The translations under genes were made by a program, and so were the position numbers. A stretch of DNA of 64,000 nt from a virus (taxonomy: Duplodnaviria; Caudoviricetes): IMG/VR virus record IMGVR_UViG_3300048670_001253, positions 1,619 through 65,618 of that record; one strand, given 5' to 3'. Positions 50,939 through 58,374 of this stretch are shown in pieces. Under the pieces are notes generated by a model. That model had not been told where the DNA came from. It ran no database searches and was given only the letters and a program-made list of their open reading frames with translations. How positions within the stretch are numbered: the stretch's first letter is position 1; each line of letters begins with the position of its first letter.

Positions 50939-51151
50939 TCACACGACCCCCGCCAAGTATGTTTCATACTGAGCAAGCAAATCAATCTTTTTAGCCTTAG
51001 GCTTGATTCCGGCCTCTGCAAGGATGCCCTTCACAATCTTTGCGACGTTTACTTTACTGTGCTTCAGCCCCTTAGTTTCGAGCTTAAGAGCACTCTTAAG
51101 AGCAAGCAGACGATACTTCAGAACATTTTCGCCGGTGATAACGGTGCACAT
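50939..51151 (-). CDS. hypothetical basic early protein
   Basis: motif 51188, AAGGA RBS. Confidence 0.7.
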   Translation of the reverse strand: MCTVITGENVLKYRLLALKSALKLETKGLKHSKVNVAKIVKGILAEAGIKPKAKKIDLLAQYETYLAGVV

Positions 51152-51254
51152 TTTTTTGTTCCTTAGTGGTTGGTTCTACGGTTCATTACCGTACCAGAGA
51201 CTAAGATTATTATTATAATCTCTGGTACGGTTTATTGCAGTTTGGAAAAGAGAC

Positions 51255-51461
51255 CTAGCCACTTGGGCCTAGGTCATAGTAACAGGGGGATTGATTTTCC
51301 AGCCGCTCCTCCTCCTCAAAGTTTGCTAGGTCGCAATAGCGAGTTGCGTCCGCTACCTTTTCAAACTTGAGACCCGTGTGCAACAGGCCGTGATTGGTAG
51401 AGTAGATATTCCAAAACCCATTCTCGTCACGCAGGGTGTAGTATTCGTTTTTCGGCATCAT
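51255..51461 (-). CDS. hypothetical early protein
   Basis: motif 51495. Confidence 0.6.
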   Translation of the reverse strand: MMPKNEYYTLRDENGFWNIYSTNHGLLHTGLKFEKVADATRYCDLANFEEEERLENQSPCYYDLGPSG

Positions 51462-51516
51462 TCAGTCCCAGAGGTGTTGGTGTTACAACTCTAAACCGTA
51501 CTAAAGACTATCCCGT

Positions 51517-51551
51517 GAACACCCCCGCCTGTTAGTTTGGCGGGGGTGTTC
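51517..51551 (-). terminator. GC-rich hairpin between cassettes
   Basis: GAACACCCCCGCC / GGCGGGGGTGTTC 13-bp stem right after the stop of 51564-51968. Confidence 0.65.
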
Positions 51552-51563
51552 ATTCCGGGGGGT

Positions 51564-51968
51564 TTATTCAGAAGCTAATGCCATTTTAACGGCATTTACC
51601 ATCTGCCCATACAAACTACCGGCAAAGTTACCACCACACATTTCTGCCAATTCCCGCTGGAAAGCGTGAGGGGTCATTGATCCCTTGCGATTACCCTGCC
51701 GGAATACTTCCGCCTTTGCCTTTACCTTTACAAAATCTAGACGGTGGTTCTGACGCTCTACGGTGCGATCTGGGGCCGTTATGCTAAACGTGCCATTGCC
51801 CGCCCGGTTAGTATAAACCACCCGCCAAATCTGATCCTGCGAAGCCAGAGAGTGTCGGATGGTTCCCTTGACCATCAGACCGCCAACCCTACGGAAAGTT
51901 GTCCCTTCCTCCGTCTCGACCGGATAGAACTTGACGGGGGCGGGAGCATCAACGATTTGCCACGGCAT
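51564..51968 (-). CDS. hypothetical early protein
   Basis: motif 52005, AAGGA RBS. Confidence 0.7.
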   Translation of the reverse strand: MPWQIVDAPAPVKFYPVETEEGTTFRRVGGLMVKGTIRHSLASQDQIWRVVYTNRAGNGTFSITAPDRTVERQNHRLDFVKVKAKAEVFRQGNRKGSMTPHAFQRELAEMCGGNFAGSLYGQMVNAVKMALASE

Positions 51969-52032
51969 TGTAAGATTCCTTAGTGGTGTTGGTTACAACT
52001 CAAAACCGTACTAGAGACTATCCTTAGAAGAG

Positions 52033-52058
52033 AGCCCCTCCGTTTTACGGGAGGGGCT
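52033..52058 (-). terminator. hairpin nearly identical to the one at 56871
   Basis: AGCCCCTCCGTTTTACGGGAGGGGCT; GTAA (GNRA) loop on the minus strand. Confidence 0.65.
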
Positions 52059-52063
52059 AAGGA

Positions 52064-52264
52064 TCAACCCGTGATAATCCGCAGAACTTCAGCGTTGAGC
52101 GGATCACGGACAGGGTCGAATTCGACCGGAACTTCGACTTCCCGCTGATTGTGGATAATGTCCACAATCGCATCGACCAGAACCCGCTCACTCACCGTGA
52201 AATGGCCCCGGGCGTGAATCTCTGCGTCCCGCTTCATTTCACGCTCAATCTTTGCCTTGTTCAT
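52064..52264 (-). CDS. hypothetical early protein
   Basis: motif 52306, AAGGA RBS. Confidence 0.7.
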   Translation of the reverse strand: MNKAKIEREMKRDAEIHARGHFTVSERVLVDAIVDIIHNQREVEVPVEFDPVRDPLNAEVLRIITG

Positions 52265-52321
52265 CGTTCGTTCCTTAGAGAAGGGAGTTGAACCACTGAG
52301 ACAAAACCGTACTAGAGAAGA

Positions 52322-52388
52322 TCGACCGCTAGGGTTGAACCTAGTTAGCTAGGATTGAACCTAGTTGAATCCCCATCGGGACGGTCGA
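52322..52388 (-). ncRNA. cloverleaf-like four-way-junction element
   Basis: 7-bp TCGACCG/CGGTCGA closing stem plus three hairpins, two being CTAGG-TTCAAY-CCTAG. Confidence 0.5.
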
Positions 52389-52554
52389 AAGATTGTTTAG
52401 CGTCCAGTGTTATTATCAATAATAATAGTAAGAATTCCGCTGCACAATCCAAGGAAGCACATCATGTTGAATACTCAAGTAAAGGAAAGTTAGTAACAAG
52501 CTCCCGGCTTCGACCGGTAGCCTTGAACCGTACCCACGGGAAACCCCGTAGGGC

Positions 52555-52588
52555 TCACCCCCCGGCCTTGTTGTTGGCCGGGGGGTGA
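52555..52588 (-). terminator. GC-rich hairpin after HTH paralog 1
   Basis: TCACCCCCCGGCC / GGCCGGGGGGTGA. Confidence 0.65.
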
Positions 52589-52600
52589 ATCTTCCTTACT

Positions 52601-52855
52601 TCACTCAACACCCAGGCTGGCGAGAATCGCAGCCGCCCGCTCTGCCGTGTTGCTCGTCCGACCGCCGCCTGCGAACCGGGGAATGTCAATCCCGTGCTTC
52701 TTGCGAAGCTGGCTCAGACGCACACTCACCGAACCCGGAACGATACCCAACTCAGTCGCAACATCATCGACACTACCACCGGCCCGCTGCGTCTTGATAA
52801 CGCAGGTCAGGAACGTCTCAAGATCAACACCCTTTTGTCCAACTTGGCGACCCAT
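52601..52855 (-). CDS. 84-aa HTH protein, paralog 1
   Basis: GGSVDDVATELGIVPGSVSVRLSQLRKKHG; GGAG RBS; motif 52934. Confidence 0.85.
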   Translation of the reverse strand: MGRQVGQKGVDLETFLTCVIKTQRAGGSVDDVATELGIVPGSVSVRLSQLRKKHGIDIPRFAGGGRTSNTAERAAAILASLGVE

Positions 52856-52946
52856 AGTAATCATCTCCTGCTTATAGTAACTCAACCCTAGGTTCCCGCT
52901 TGCCGCATCGGCTTGCTGTCGGAACAAACCCAAACCGTACCAAACT

Positions 52947-53147
52947 CTATCCCTTATTATGACACCGGATACAATCCCTGCGGATCATATTTGATTTAAT
53001 ATCGGTGAAAAAACTTTCAATATCGAGGAAGTTCTTATAGGAACTATCTTCAGCGAACTTCTTCACAGCCTCGATTAGCTTATCGGTCGGCTTCACAGTC
53101 TCAGCAGTGTAATAACCTTCCAGAACGTCCATATACTCTTTATCCAT
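52947..53147 (-). CDS. hypothetical early protein
   Basis: motif 53183, AAGGA RBS. Confidence 0.65.
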   Translation of the reverse strand: MDKEYMDVLEGYYTAETVKPTDKLIEAVKKFAEDSSYKNFLDIESFFTDIKSNMIRRDCIRCHNKG

Positions 53148-53195
53148 CGCTGGTTCCTTTGGTGTTACTTGAACAGTTCACTACCGTACTAGAGA

Positions 53196-53504
53196 CTAAA
53201 TCAGGTTCCGGCCTTTCAACCATTCGTATACAGTACCAGCAGCATTGTTGATCTTGATACCATCAAGAAAACAATCATTGATAATACTGATCACAACCAC
53301 TCTATTTTGATTTATATCAGCGATACTATTGCTAGTTGGTTCTTCCCACCAGCTTCCAAGTTCACAGAATTCCAGTTGTAGATATTCCAGCACCTTTTCA
53401 CGATACTGGTTTCGATTCTCAACAAGATTCTTTTTATTCTTTACTTTACGATTCTTGTTTTCAAAGAAATCGCTATAAAATCCATCGTAGAAGTTATTGT
53501 TCAT
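53196..53504 (-). CDS. hypothetical early protein
   Basis: motif 53527, GGAG RBS. Confidence 0.7.
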   Translation of the reverse strand: MNNNFYDGFYSDFFENKNRKVKNKKNLVENRNQYREKVLEYLQLEFCELGSWWEEPTSNSIADINQNRVVVISIINDCFLDGIKINNAAGTVYEWLKGRNLI

Positions 53505-53543
53505 CGTGTTCTCCCTTTGATGTTCAACCGTACTAGAACTGAT

Positions 53544-53744
53544 TTACTTTTTACTACTGGGGAAGTCGAAGTATCCCACAAGCCATTCTTTTCCTTCATC
53601 ATCAATCATGATTCTAGGACGATCCCTATAGGCGTTATATAGGTTGATCAGCCTGTCAACCATCCAGCATCCACTAAGAATCAAGAGATACACACTAGCA
53701 ATTGTGCTAAGATACATTGCGACGATGAAAATCGTAGTAGTCAT
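53544..53744 (-). CDS. small membrane early protein
   Basis: motif 53781; N-terminal TM segment. Confidence 0.65.
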   Translation of the reverse strand: MTTTIFIVAMYLSTIASVYLLILSGCWMVDRLINLYNAYRDRPRIMIDDEGKEWLVGYFDFPSSKK

Positions 53745-53793
53745 TTCTGTTTCCTGTTTTGGTGAATCTCACAACCCTTTACCGTACCAAAGA

Positions 53794-53976
53794 CTACATA
53801 TTGATCATCTGCCGGAGTTCATTATCAATGCTATGATTCTTTTCCATAGTTTCGATAATACTATTCAGTGTTTCACTAATAGTATTAAGGATCATATCGC
53901 CGTCGCCTTCCACATTACTATTGTCCACAAAATTCTGGAGCATCTTCAGGTTTTCAATTGTGTCCATTCTTTTCAT
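53794..53976 (-). CDS. hypothetical coiled-coil protein
   Basis: GAGG RBS; downstream of motif 54101. Confidence 0.55.
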   Translation of the reverse strand: MKRMDTIENLKMLQNFVDNSNVEGDGDMILNTISETLNSIIETMEKNHSIDNELRQMINM

Positions 53977-54294
53977 CCTCTTTGTTTTTTACAGGGAAAA
54001 CTAAATCACAAACAAACCAAGCACAGGCCATACCAACAGCCATGCCAATTAGAAAACTATTCCAATCCATATAAAGATCGAGCATCCTTGCCCCTTTCAT
54101 ACCGTACTAGAATTTATCAAAAGCGTCCCAGAATCCAACTTTATTGCCGTTAGAATCTCTAAGATTACCATCATCCCCAGGTTTAATATCAACTGGGATT
54201 TGATTTAGAACAACACGCAGTTCATTAGGGTTATCCTTGAAACTTGCGTTATCCATGTTTACTTCAACAACGATTTTCATAATTTGTTCCCGTA

Positions 54295-54519
54295 CTAGAA
54301 GGGATAATCCTCCGGCTGTTCCTGACTCTTGCTGTAATCTTCCTGCTGGTCGATATAGTTGTTTAGTTCCTGATCCTCGACCAATTCAACATATCGACTA
54401 CGTTCACAAACGATATTACGCTTCTTGAGAATCTTATAGATGATTCTTTCGGCGTTTGTAAGGTCAGCGATGCTGATACCGATGATAGCCCGTGCGATTT
54501 GTTCCAGTTCGGTGTTCAT
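54295..54519 (-). CDS. hypothetical early protein
   Basis: motif 54555, GGAG RBS. Confidence 0.65.
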   Translation of the reverse strand: MNTELEQIARAIIGISIADLTNAERIIYKILKKRNIVCERSRYVELVEDQELNNYIDQQEDYSKSQEQPEDYPF

Positions 54520-54567
54520 CGTTTTGCTCCGTGGTGTTGATCCTACAACTCAAAACCGTACCTGAGT

Positions 54568-54909
54568 CTATCGCACCATTACCGGCGCTTGGCAGATATG
54601 GATATTTGGGGGAATTGGTTGATCGGGGATATTTGGGTTCTTGCTATATTCAACAATCCCCTGCCGATCCATCCTACACCAATATGTTCCAGACGGATCA
54701 CTCCAATACTGGTAACTATTATCAAATCCCCTATACACGATATATTGCGGATCATTTTGATGCTTTCTTGCTTCCACAATATTGTGAACAACTGGGGCGG
54801 CTTCCTTACCGCACTGCAAACAAGCAACAATCAATCCGACAACTAAACTGGCAATTTGAAGATACAACATTTTTCCAATCCTTTGAATAATGTTTCGGGC
54901 TACAGGCAT
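54568..54909 (-). CDS. hypothetical exported protein (start probably downstream of 54909)
   Basis: hydrophobic segment IASLVVGLIVAC; motif 54912. Confidence 0.55.
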   Translation of the reverse strand: MPVARNIIQRIGKMLYLQIASLVVGLIVACLQCGKEAAPVVHNIVEARKHQNDPQYIVYRGFDNSYQYWSDPSGTYWCRMDRQGIVEYSKNPNIPDQPIPPNIHICQAPVMVR

Positions 54910-54917
54910 CTACCGTA

Positions 54918-55187
54918 CTAGACTTCATCCTCATCATCCCGGTCGCCAAGTTCACCATCATCATCCCAATCATCCTCTTCTTCCTCATCATCGTCATAAT
55001 CAGCATCATCATAATACTCGCCATCCTCATCACTATTCAGGCAAGCATCGCAGATGCTATACCGATTGGTGACGGGAAGGCGCTTGCCACAGGTGCAAAC
55101 CATATCCAACTGGTTTCCACTCTCATCGAACCGGGGGCAGCAACCCGGTTCATGGCCGCAACACGGGAAATCTTGGCAGTAAACCAT
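54918..55187 (-). CDS. Cys-rich (Zn-binding) protein with highly acidic tail
   Basis: CQDFPCCGHEPGCC, CTCG, CDAC, then an Asp/Glu run; GAGGAG RBS; motif 55228. Confidence 0.75.
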   Translation of the reverse strand: MVYCQDFPCCGHEPGCCPRFDESGNQLDMVCTCGKRLPVTNRYSICDACLNSDEDGEYYDDADYDDDEEEEDDWDDDGELGDRDDEDEV

Positions 55188-55293
55188 GACTGTTCTCCTC
55201 TTGAGTATTGGATCGGAACAACTCACTACCGTACCTGAGACAATCTTGTGGAAAATTATGTGAAGATTTACCCGGACTATACTATATAAGAGT

Positions 55294-55740
55294 ATGGATA
55301 AATTTCAAATAGGTTATTTGGCTGGAATAATAGATGGTGAAGGTTGTGTATATGTAAACAAAAGGAAACCTCACGGAAGAAGAAAAACTTTTGGATATGG
55401 TGTGAAAGTAGTTGTATCAATAACATCCTATAGTCTCGTGGAATGGTTTGTTACTAATGCAAGACTCACATCTATTCATCACAGATTACCAGAAGGTAAT
55501 CGTAAACCTCAATGGATGTGCACTTGGAATAATTCAAATGCAGAATGGATTTTAAATACTGTTCTTCCTCACTTGGTAATAAAAAAAGAGCAAGCAAAGA
55601 TAGGTTTAGAATTACTCGTTCATATGAGAACAACGCCTGTAGTAAGAGGGCAGTGTATATCCCCTGAAATTATCTCTTATAGAGATTCCATGAAAGATAA
55701 GATATCTTTACTAAATCGTCGTGGTAAACAAACTGACTAG
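55294..55740 (+). CDS. LAGLIDADG homing endonuclease (single motif, free-standing)
   Basis: YLAGIIDGEGCV, VLPHLVIKKEQA. Confidence 0.92.
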   Translation: MDKFQIGYLAGIIDGEGCVYVNKRKPHGRRKTFGYGVKVVVSITSYSLVEWFVTNARLTSIHHRLPEGNRKPQWMCTWNNSNAEWILNTVLPHLVIKKEQAKIGLELLVHMRTTPVVRGQCISPEIISYRDSMKDKISLLNRRGKQTD

Positions 55741-55940
55741 AAATCATCCCCACCGAAATAACCGTAATCTTCATCCAAACCAAATCCACAACTACGAAAC
55801 GTATCTGCGTCTGCTTCAACGTCAGTCATATTTTCCTCAAAATCATCCTCATCCTTATCACACTGAGAATCTATCTCGTGTTCTGCATCGGGATGATATG
55901 AGCAAGAATCTTCATCGGGAAAAACATCGTCTGGGTTCAT
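55737..55940 (-). CDS. very acidic small protein
   Basis: Asp/Glu-rich; AAGGA RBS; motif 55965. Confidence 0.7.
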   Translation of the reverse strand: MNPDDVFPDEDSCSYHPDAEHEIDSQCDKDEDDFEENMTDVEADADTFRSCGFGLDEDYGYFGGDDF

Positions 55941-56011
55941 GGTGTTTCCTTTGGTTAATTCACAACCGTACCAGAAAGAATATTGTATACCGGTTGTAAA
56001 TGGATCGACTT

Positions 56012-56068
56012 ATGATGATATGGGAATCGCACCCATACGTCGCTAGGACGTGCTTGTTTTTATCACCA
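56012..56068 (-). ncRNA. D-arm-less tRNA-like element
   Basis: TGGTGAT/ATCATCA 7-bp stem, ACGTC-CTAGC-GACGT hairpin, ATGGG-TGCGATT-CCCAT T-like arm. Confidence 0.4.
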
Positions 56069-56158
56069 CGATAGTTTTACGATAAGTGTCCGGTATTACG
56101 CACATTACCAACCACAAGTTACCCTGTGGCATCTATCCGACCCCTGACGCATTTATAT

Positions 56159-56294
56159 TGGCCCCGTGCTGGGAATCCAACCCAGAAGGAGAGCAGCATA
56201 AGCCTTCCCATAGCCAGGGTTGGCAACCTCGTACACCCATTAGATGCTGCGGCTGTTTGCTGGGCTATCTCTCCTTTGTCGGCAGACACACAGG
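56159..56294 (-). ncRNA. atypical tRNA-like RNA ending G-CCA with an enlarged anticodon arm
   Basis: CCTGTG/CACGGG acceptor-like stem, CTGGG-TTGGATT-CCCAG T-arm, ATAGC/GCTAT stem enclosing about 49 nt; motif 56313 just upstream. Confidence 0.45.
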
Positions 56295-56324
56295 ATGTTT
56301 CGTTGAATCCACACCGTACCAGAG

Positions 56325-56603
56325 TCAATCGTTTTCGTATATCCCTTTAGTATATTCTTTTGGAATTATTGGACACCAGCCTTTAGCCTTTTCAGCATCA
56401 TATGGTATCCAGAATGGAGCATCACAAGCATCTACTACTCCAAACTTATTATTCACAAAGATATGAGGACATAGTTTAGTCCCATTTACTTCACGTTCTT
56501 CGTAATGGTATTTACCAATACCTATTCCGATGTTATGTCCAAAGTAATAAACTTCCTGATCCTTTTCTGGAGGGAAGTTATGACTGCTTTTCCAAATGTT
56601 CAT
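56325..56603 (-). CDS. hypothetical (DUF551-like) leaderless early protein
   Basis: ATG 8 nt after TACGGT; W.....PPE N-terminus. Confidence 0.7.
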   Translation of the reverse strand: MNIWKSSHNFPPEKDQEVYYFGHNIGIGIGKYHYEEREVNGTKLCPHIFVNNKFGVVDACDAPFWIPYDAEKAKGWCPIIPKEYTKGIYEND

Positions 56604-56609
56604 ATTGTT

Positions 56610-56822
56610 TTACCGTACTGAATACAAAAAGCCGATTGTTTCTCTGTCCCAGCTTTTTCCTTTTAATTCTCTGATGTAATCTTCTGCCGCTTCTTTATTC
56701 GTATATTTAATTACGAATGGCTGTTTATAAACATCGCCTTTATTCGTCAATGGTTTACGATCCCTATAGATCACAAAATAACCATCCTCTTCTTTCACAG
56801 AATAGTCGCAGGTTCGTTTCAT
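56610..56822 (-). CDS. hypothetical leaderless early protein
   Basis: ATG 7 nt after TACGGT, no RBS. Confidence 0.7.
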   Translation of the reverse strand: MKRTCDYSVKEEDGYFVIYRDRKPLTNKGDVYKQPFVIKYTNKEAAEDYIRELKGKSWDRETIGFLYSVR

Positions 56823-56859
56823 AGTATTTACCGTACTAGATACTATACCACATTACAAA

Positions 56860-56896
56860 TAAAAAATAAACCCCCTCCGTTTTACGGGAGGGGGTT
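56860..56896 (-). terminator. intrinsic terminator after HTH paralog 2
   Basis: CCCCCTCCCGTAAAACGGAGGGGG followed by TTTATTTTTT on the minus strand. Confidence 0.85.
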
Positions 56897-56927
56897 CGTA
56901 TGGCCGATTATTTAATCAGCCTTAACT

Positions 56928-57182
56928 TCACTCAACACCCAGGCTGGCGAGGATAGCCGCCGCCCGCTCTGCGGTGTTGCTGGTGCGGCCCGACCCCTCG
57001 AAGCGGGGGACGTTCGCACCATGCTTCTTGCGAAGCTGCGAGAGACGCACCGACACGCTGCCCGCCGTGATGCCCAGAGCATCGGCCACATCCTGCACCG
57101 ACCCACCAGCCCGCTGCGTCTCAACGACACAGGTAAGGAAACGCTCCAAATCGACACCCTTCTGTCCAACTGCACGACCCAT
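56928..57182 (-). CDS. 84-aa HTH protein, paralog 2
   Basis: 14 aa differences from paralog 1; AGGAG RBS; motif 57256. Confidence 0.85.
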   Translation of the reverse strand: MGRAVGQKGVDLERFLTCVVETQRAGGSVQDVADALGITAGSVSVRLSQLRKKHGANVPRFEGSGRTSNTAERAAAILASLGVE

Positions 57183-57306
57183 AATAATTAAACTCCTACT
57201 TTATACAACCCTTGTTGCCGTTTGCCGCACTGGCTCACCGTCGCAACATCCATCAACCGTACCAAAGAGCAAGTTACTCTGTTTTATTCCCTTTAGTTTC
57301 GAATAT

Positions 57307-57687
57307 TCATGGTTTATCGTCTCTAGTAAATGTATCCAACATTATATTCCTTAGCTCATTTGAAACTTCTTTAAGTTCCCTTTGTATTTCCTTCTTCCTT
57401 CTTGAAAGTTTTTCAACCTTCTCAGCTTTCAACTTCTTCACATTATTATCATACTTACTAATACACTTTTCCACAAGAATTAGCATACTTGGGCCTGTAT
57501 CAGAGCAGACTTCACCATATTCAAAATCTTTAAGTGTTACCCTATAACCACTCACATGATTAGTGATAACTACCTGTCTTGATAAACCTTCATTTAAAAA
57601 GGCTTTCATATTATTCGTATACTCGGTCAACGCACCAGTCTTTCCCGATCCCGAAAATGCCTTTATGAAAGTCTTTGTATTATTCAT
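57307..57687 (-). CDS. hypothetical protein
   Basis: 126-aa ORF, ATGA-coupled to the upstream ORF. Confidence 0.65.
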   Translation of the reverse strand: MNNTKTFIKAFSGSGKTGALTEYTNNMKAFLNEGLSRQVVITNHVSGYRVTLKDFEYGEVCSDTGPSMLILVEKCISKYDNNVKKLKAEKVEKLSRRKKEIQRELKEVSNELRNIMLDTFTRDDKP

Positions 57688-57860
57688 AGATTATCCAAAA
57701 GTTCTTCAAACTCATCTGGATCGCAATCAAATGAGTTATGGGTGTTTCGCTGGATTTCAATCTGTCGCACAATCCAGTCGATTTGATGGCGATCAATACT
57801 GTCGAAATAACCCCGATCCTGAATTTCCTTATTCTTTTCCATCTGCTTCTTGACGCTCAT
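57684..57860 (-). CDS. 58-aa hypothetical protein (not in ORF track)
   Basis: MSVKKQMEKNKEIQDRGYFD...; GGAG RBS; motif 57897. Confidence 0.55.
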   Translation of the reverse strand: MSVKKQMEKNKEIQDRGYFDSIDRHQIDWIVRQIEIQRNTHNSFDCDPDEFEELLDNL

Positions 57861-57913
57861 TATAAGCTCCCCGGAGGTTAGTTGCTTCTGTGCAAAACCG
57901 TACTAGAGAAGAA

Positions 57914-57994
57914 GTAAGGTGCTTCCCATTTTGACAACCAATCACTTTGATTGGTGGAGCTTTGGTATGGCCCACTTGCTGGGAAGCACCTTAC
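57914..57994 (-). ncRNA. candidate small RNA with its own promoter
   Basis: perfect 15-bp GTAAGGTGCTTCCCA/TGGGAAGCACCTTAC stem, internal ACCAATCA/TGATTGGT hairpin; begins 8 nt after motif 58003. Confidence 0.65.
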
Positions 57995-58173
57995 AACTAT
58001 CAACCGTACCAGAGACGATCAGGATTAAACTTCTTCCTTAACTGTTTCCATAACAATTAATTCTTCACTATAAGGAAGATTATCCAGAAAGTTATGTAAT
58101 GTTTCTGGAGTGTTATATGGGCCGTATTTAATTTGCCCTTGTTCATAATAAATGTGAACGTAAAACATTACTA

Positions 58174-58374
58174 TTATTTAGCACTTCTGTATTCAACTTG
58201 AATAGTAGAATTTCTACTAGCCATCTTCACAAAATTTGAAACACTATCCCAATCTGGACTAGAGTCGATATACAACTCTTTATTATCGTTTAACAAATAT
58301 ATTTCAAAACCACCTGATGGATACTCACCATCAACAAATGGTTTCTTTGTATTCACTACAACGTATTGTTTCAA
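58174..58374 (-). CDS. hypothetical protein
   Basis: overlaps the upstream stop (GTGA). Confidence 0.55.
   Translation of the reverse strand: MKQYVVVNTKKPFVDGEYPSGGFEIYLLNDNKELYIDSSPDWDSVSNFVKMASRNSTIQVEYRSAK

Noticed and set aside
56012-56300. tmRNA (standard or permuted)
   Set aside because: No G3-U70 alanine identity pair, no convincing tag reading frame, and no matching 5' acceptor strand after the CCA.
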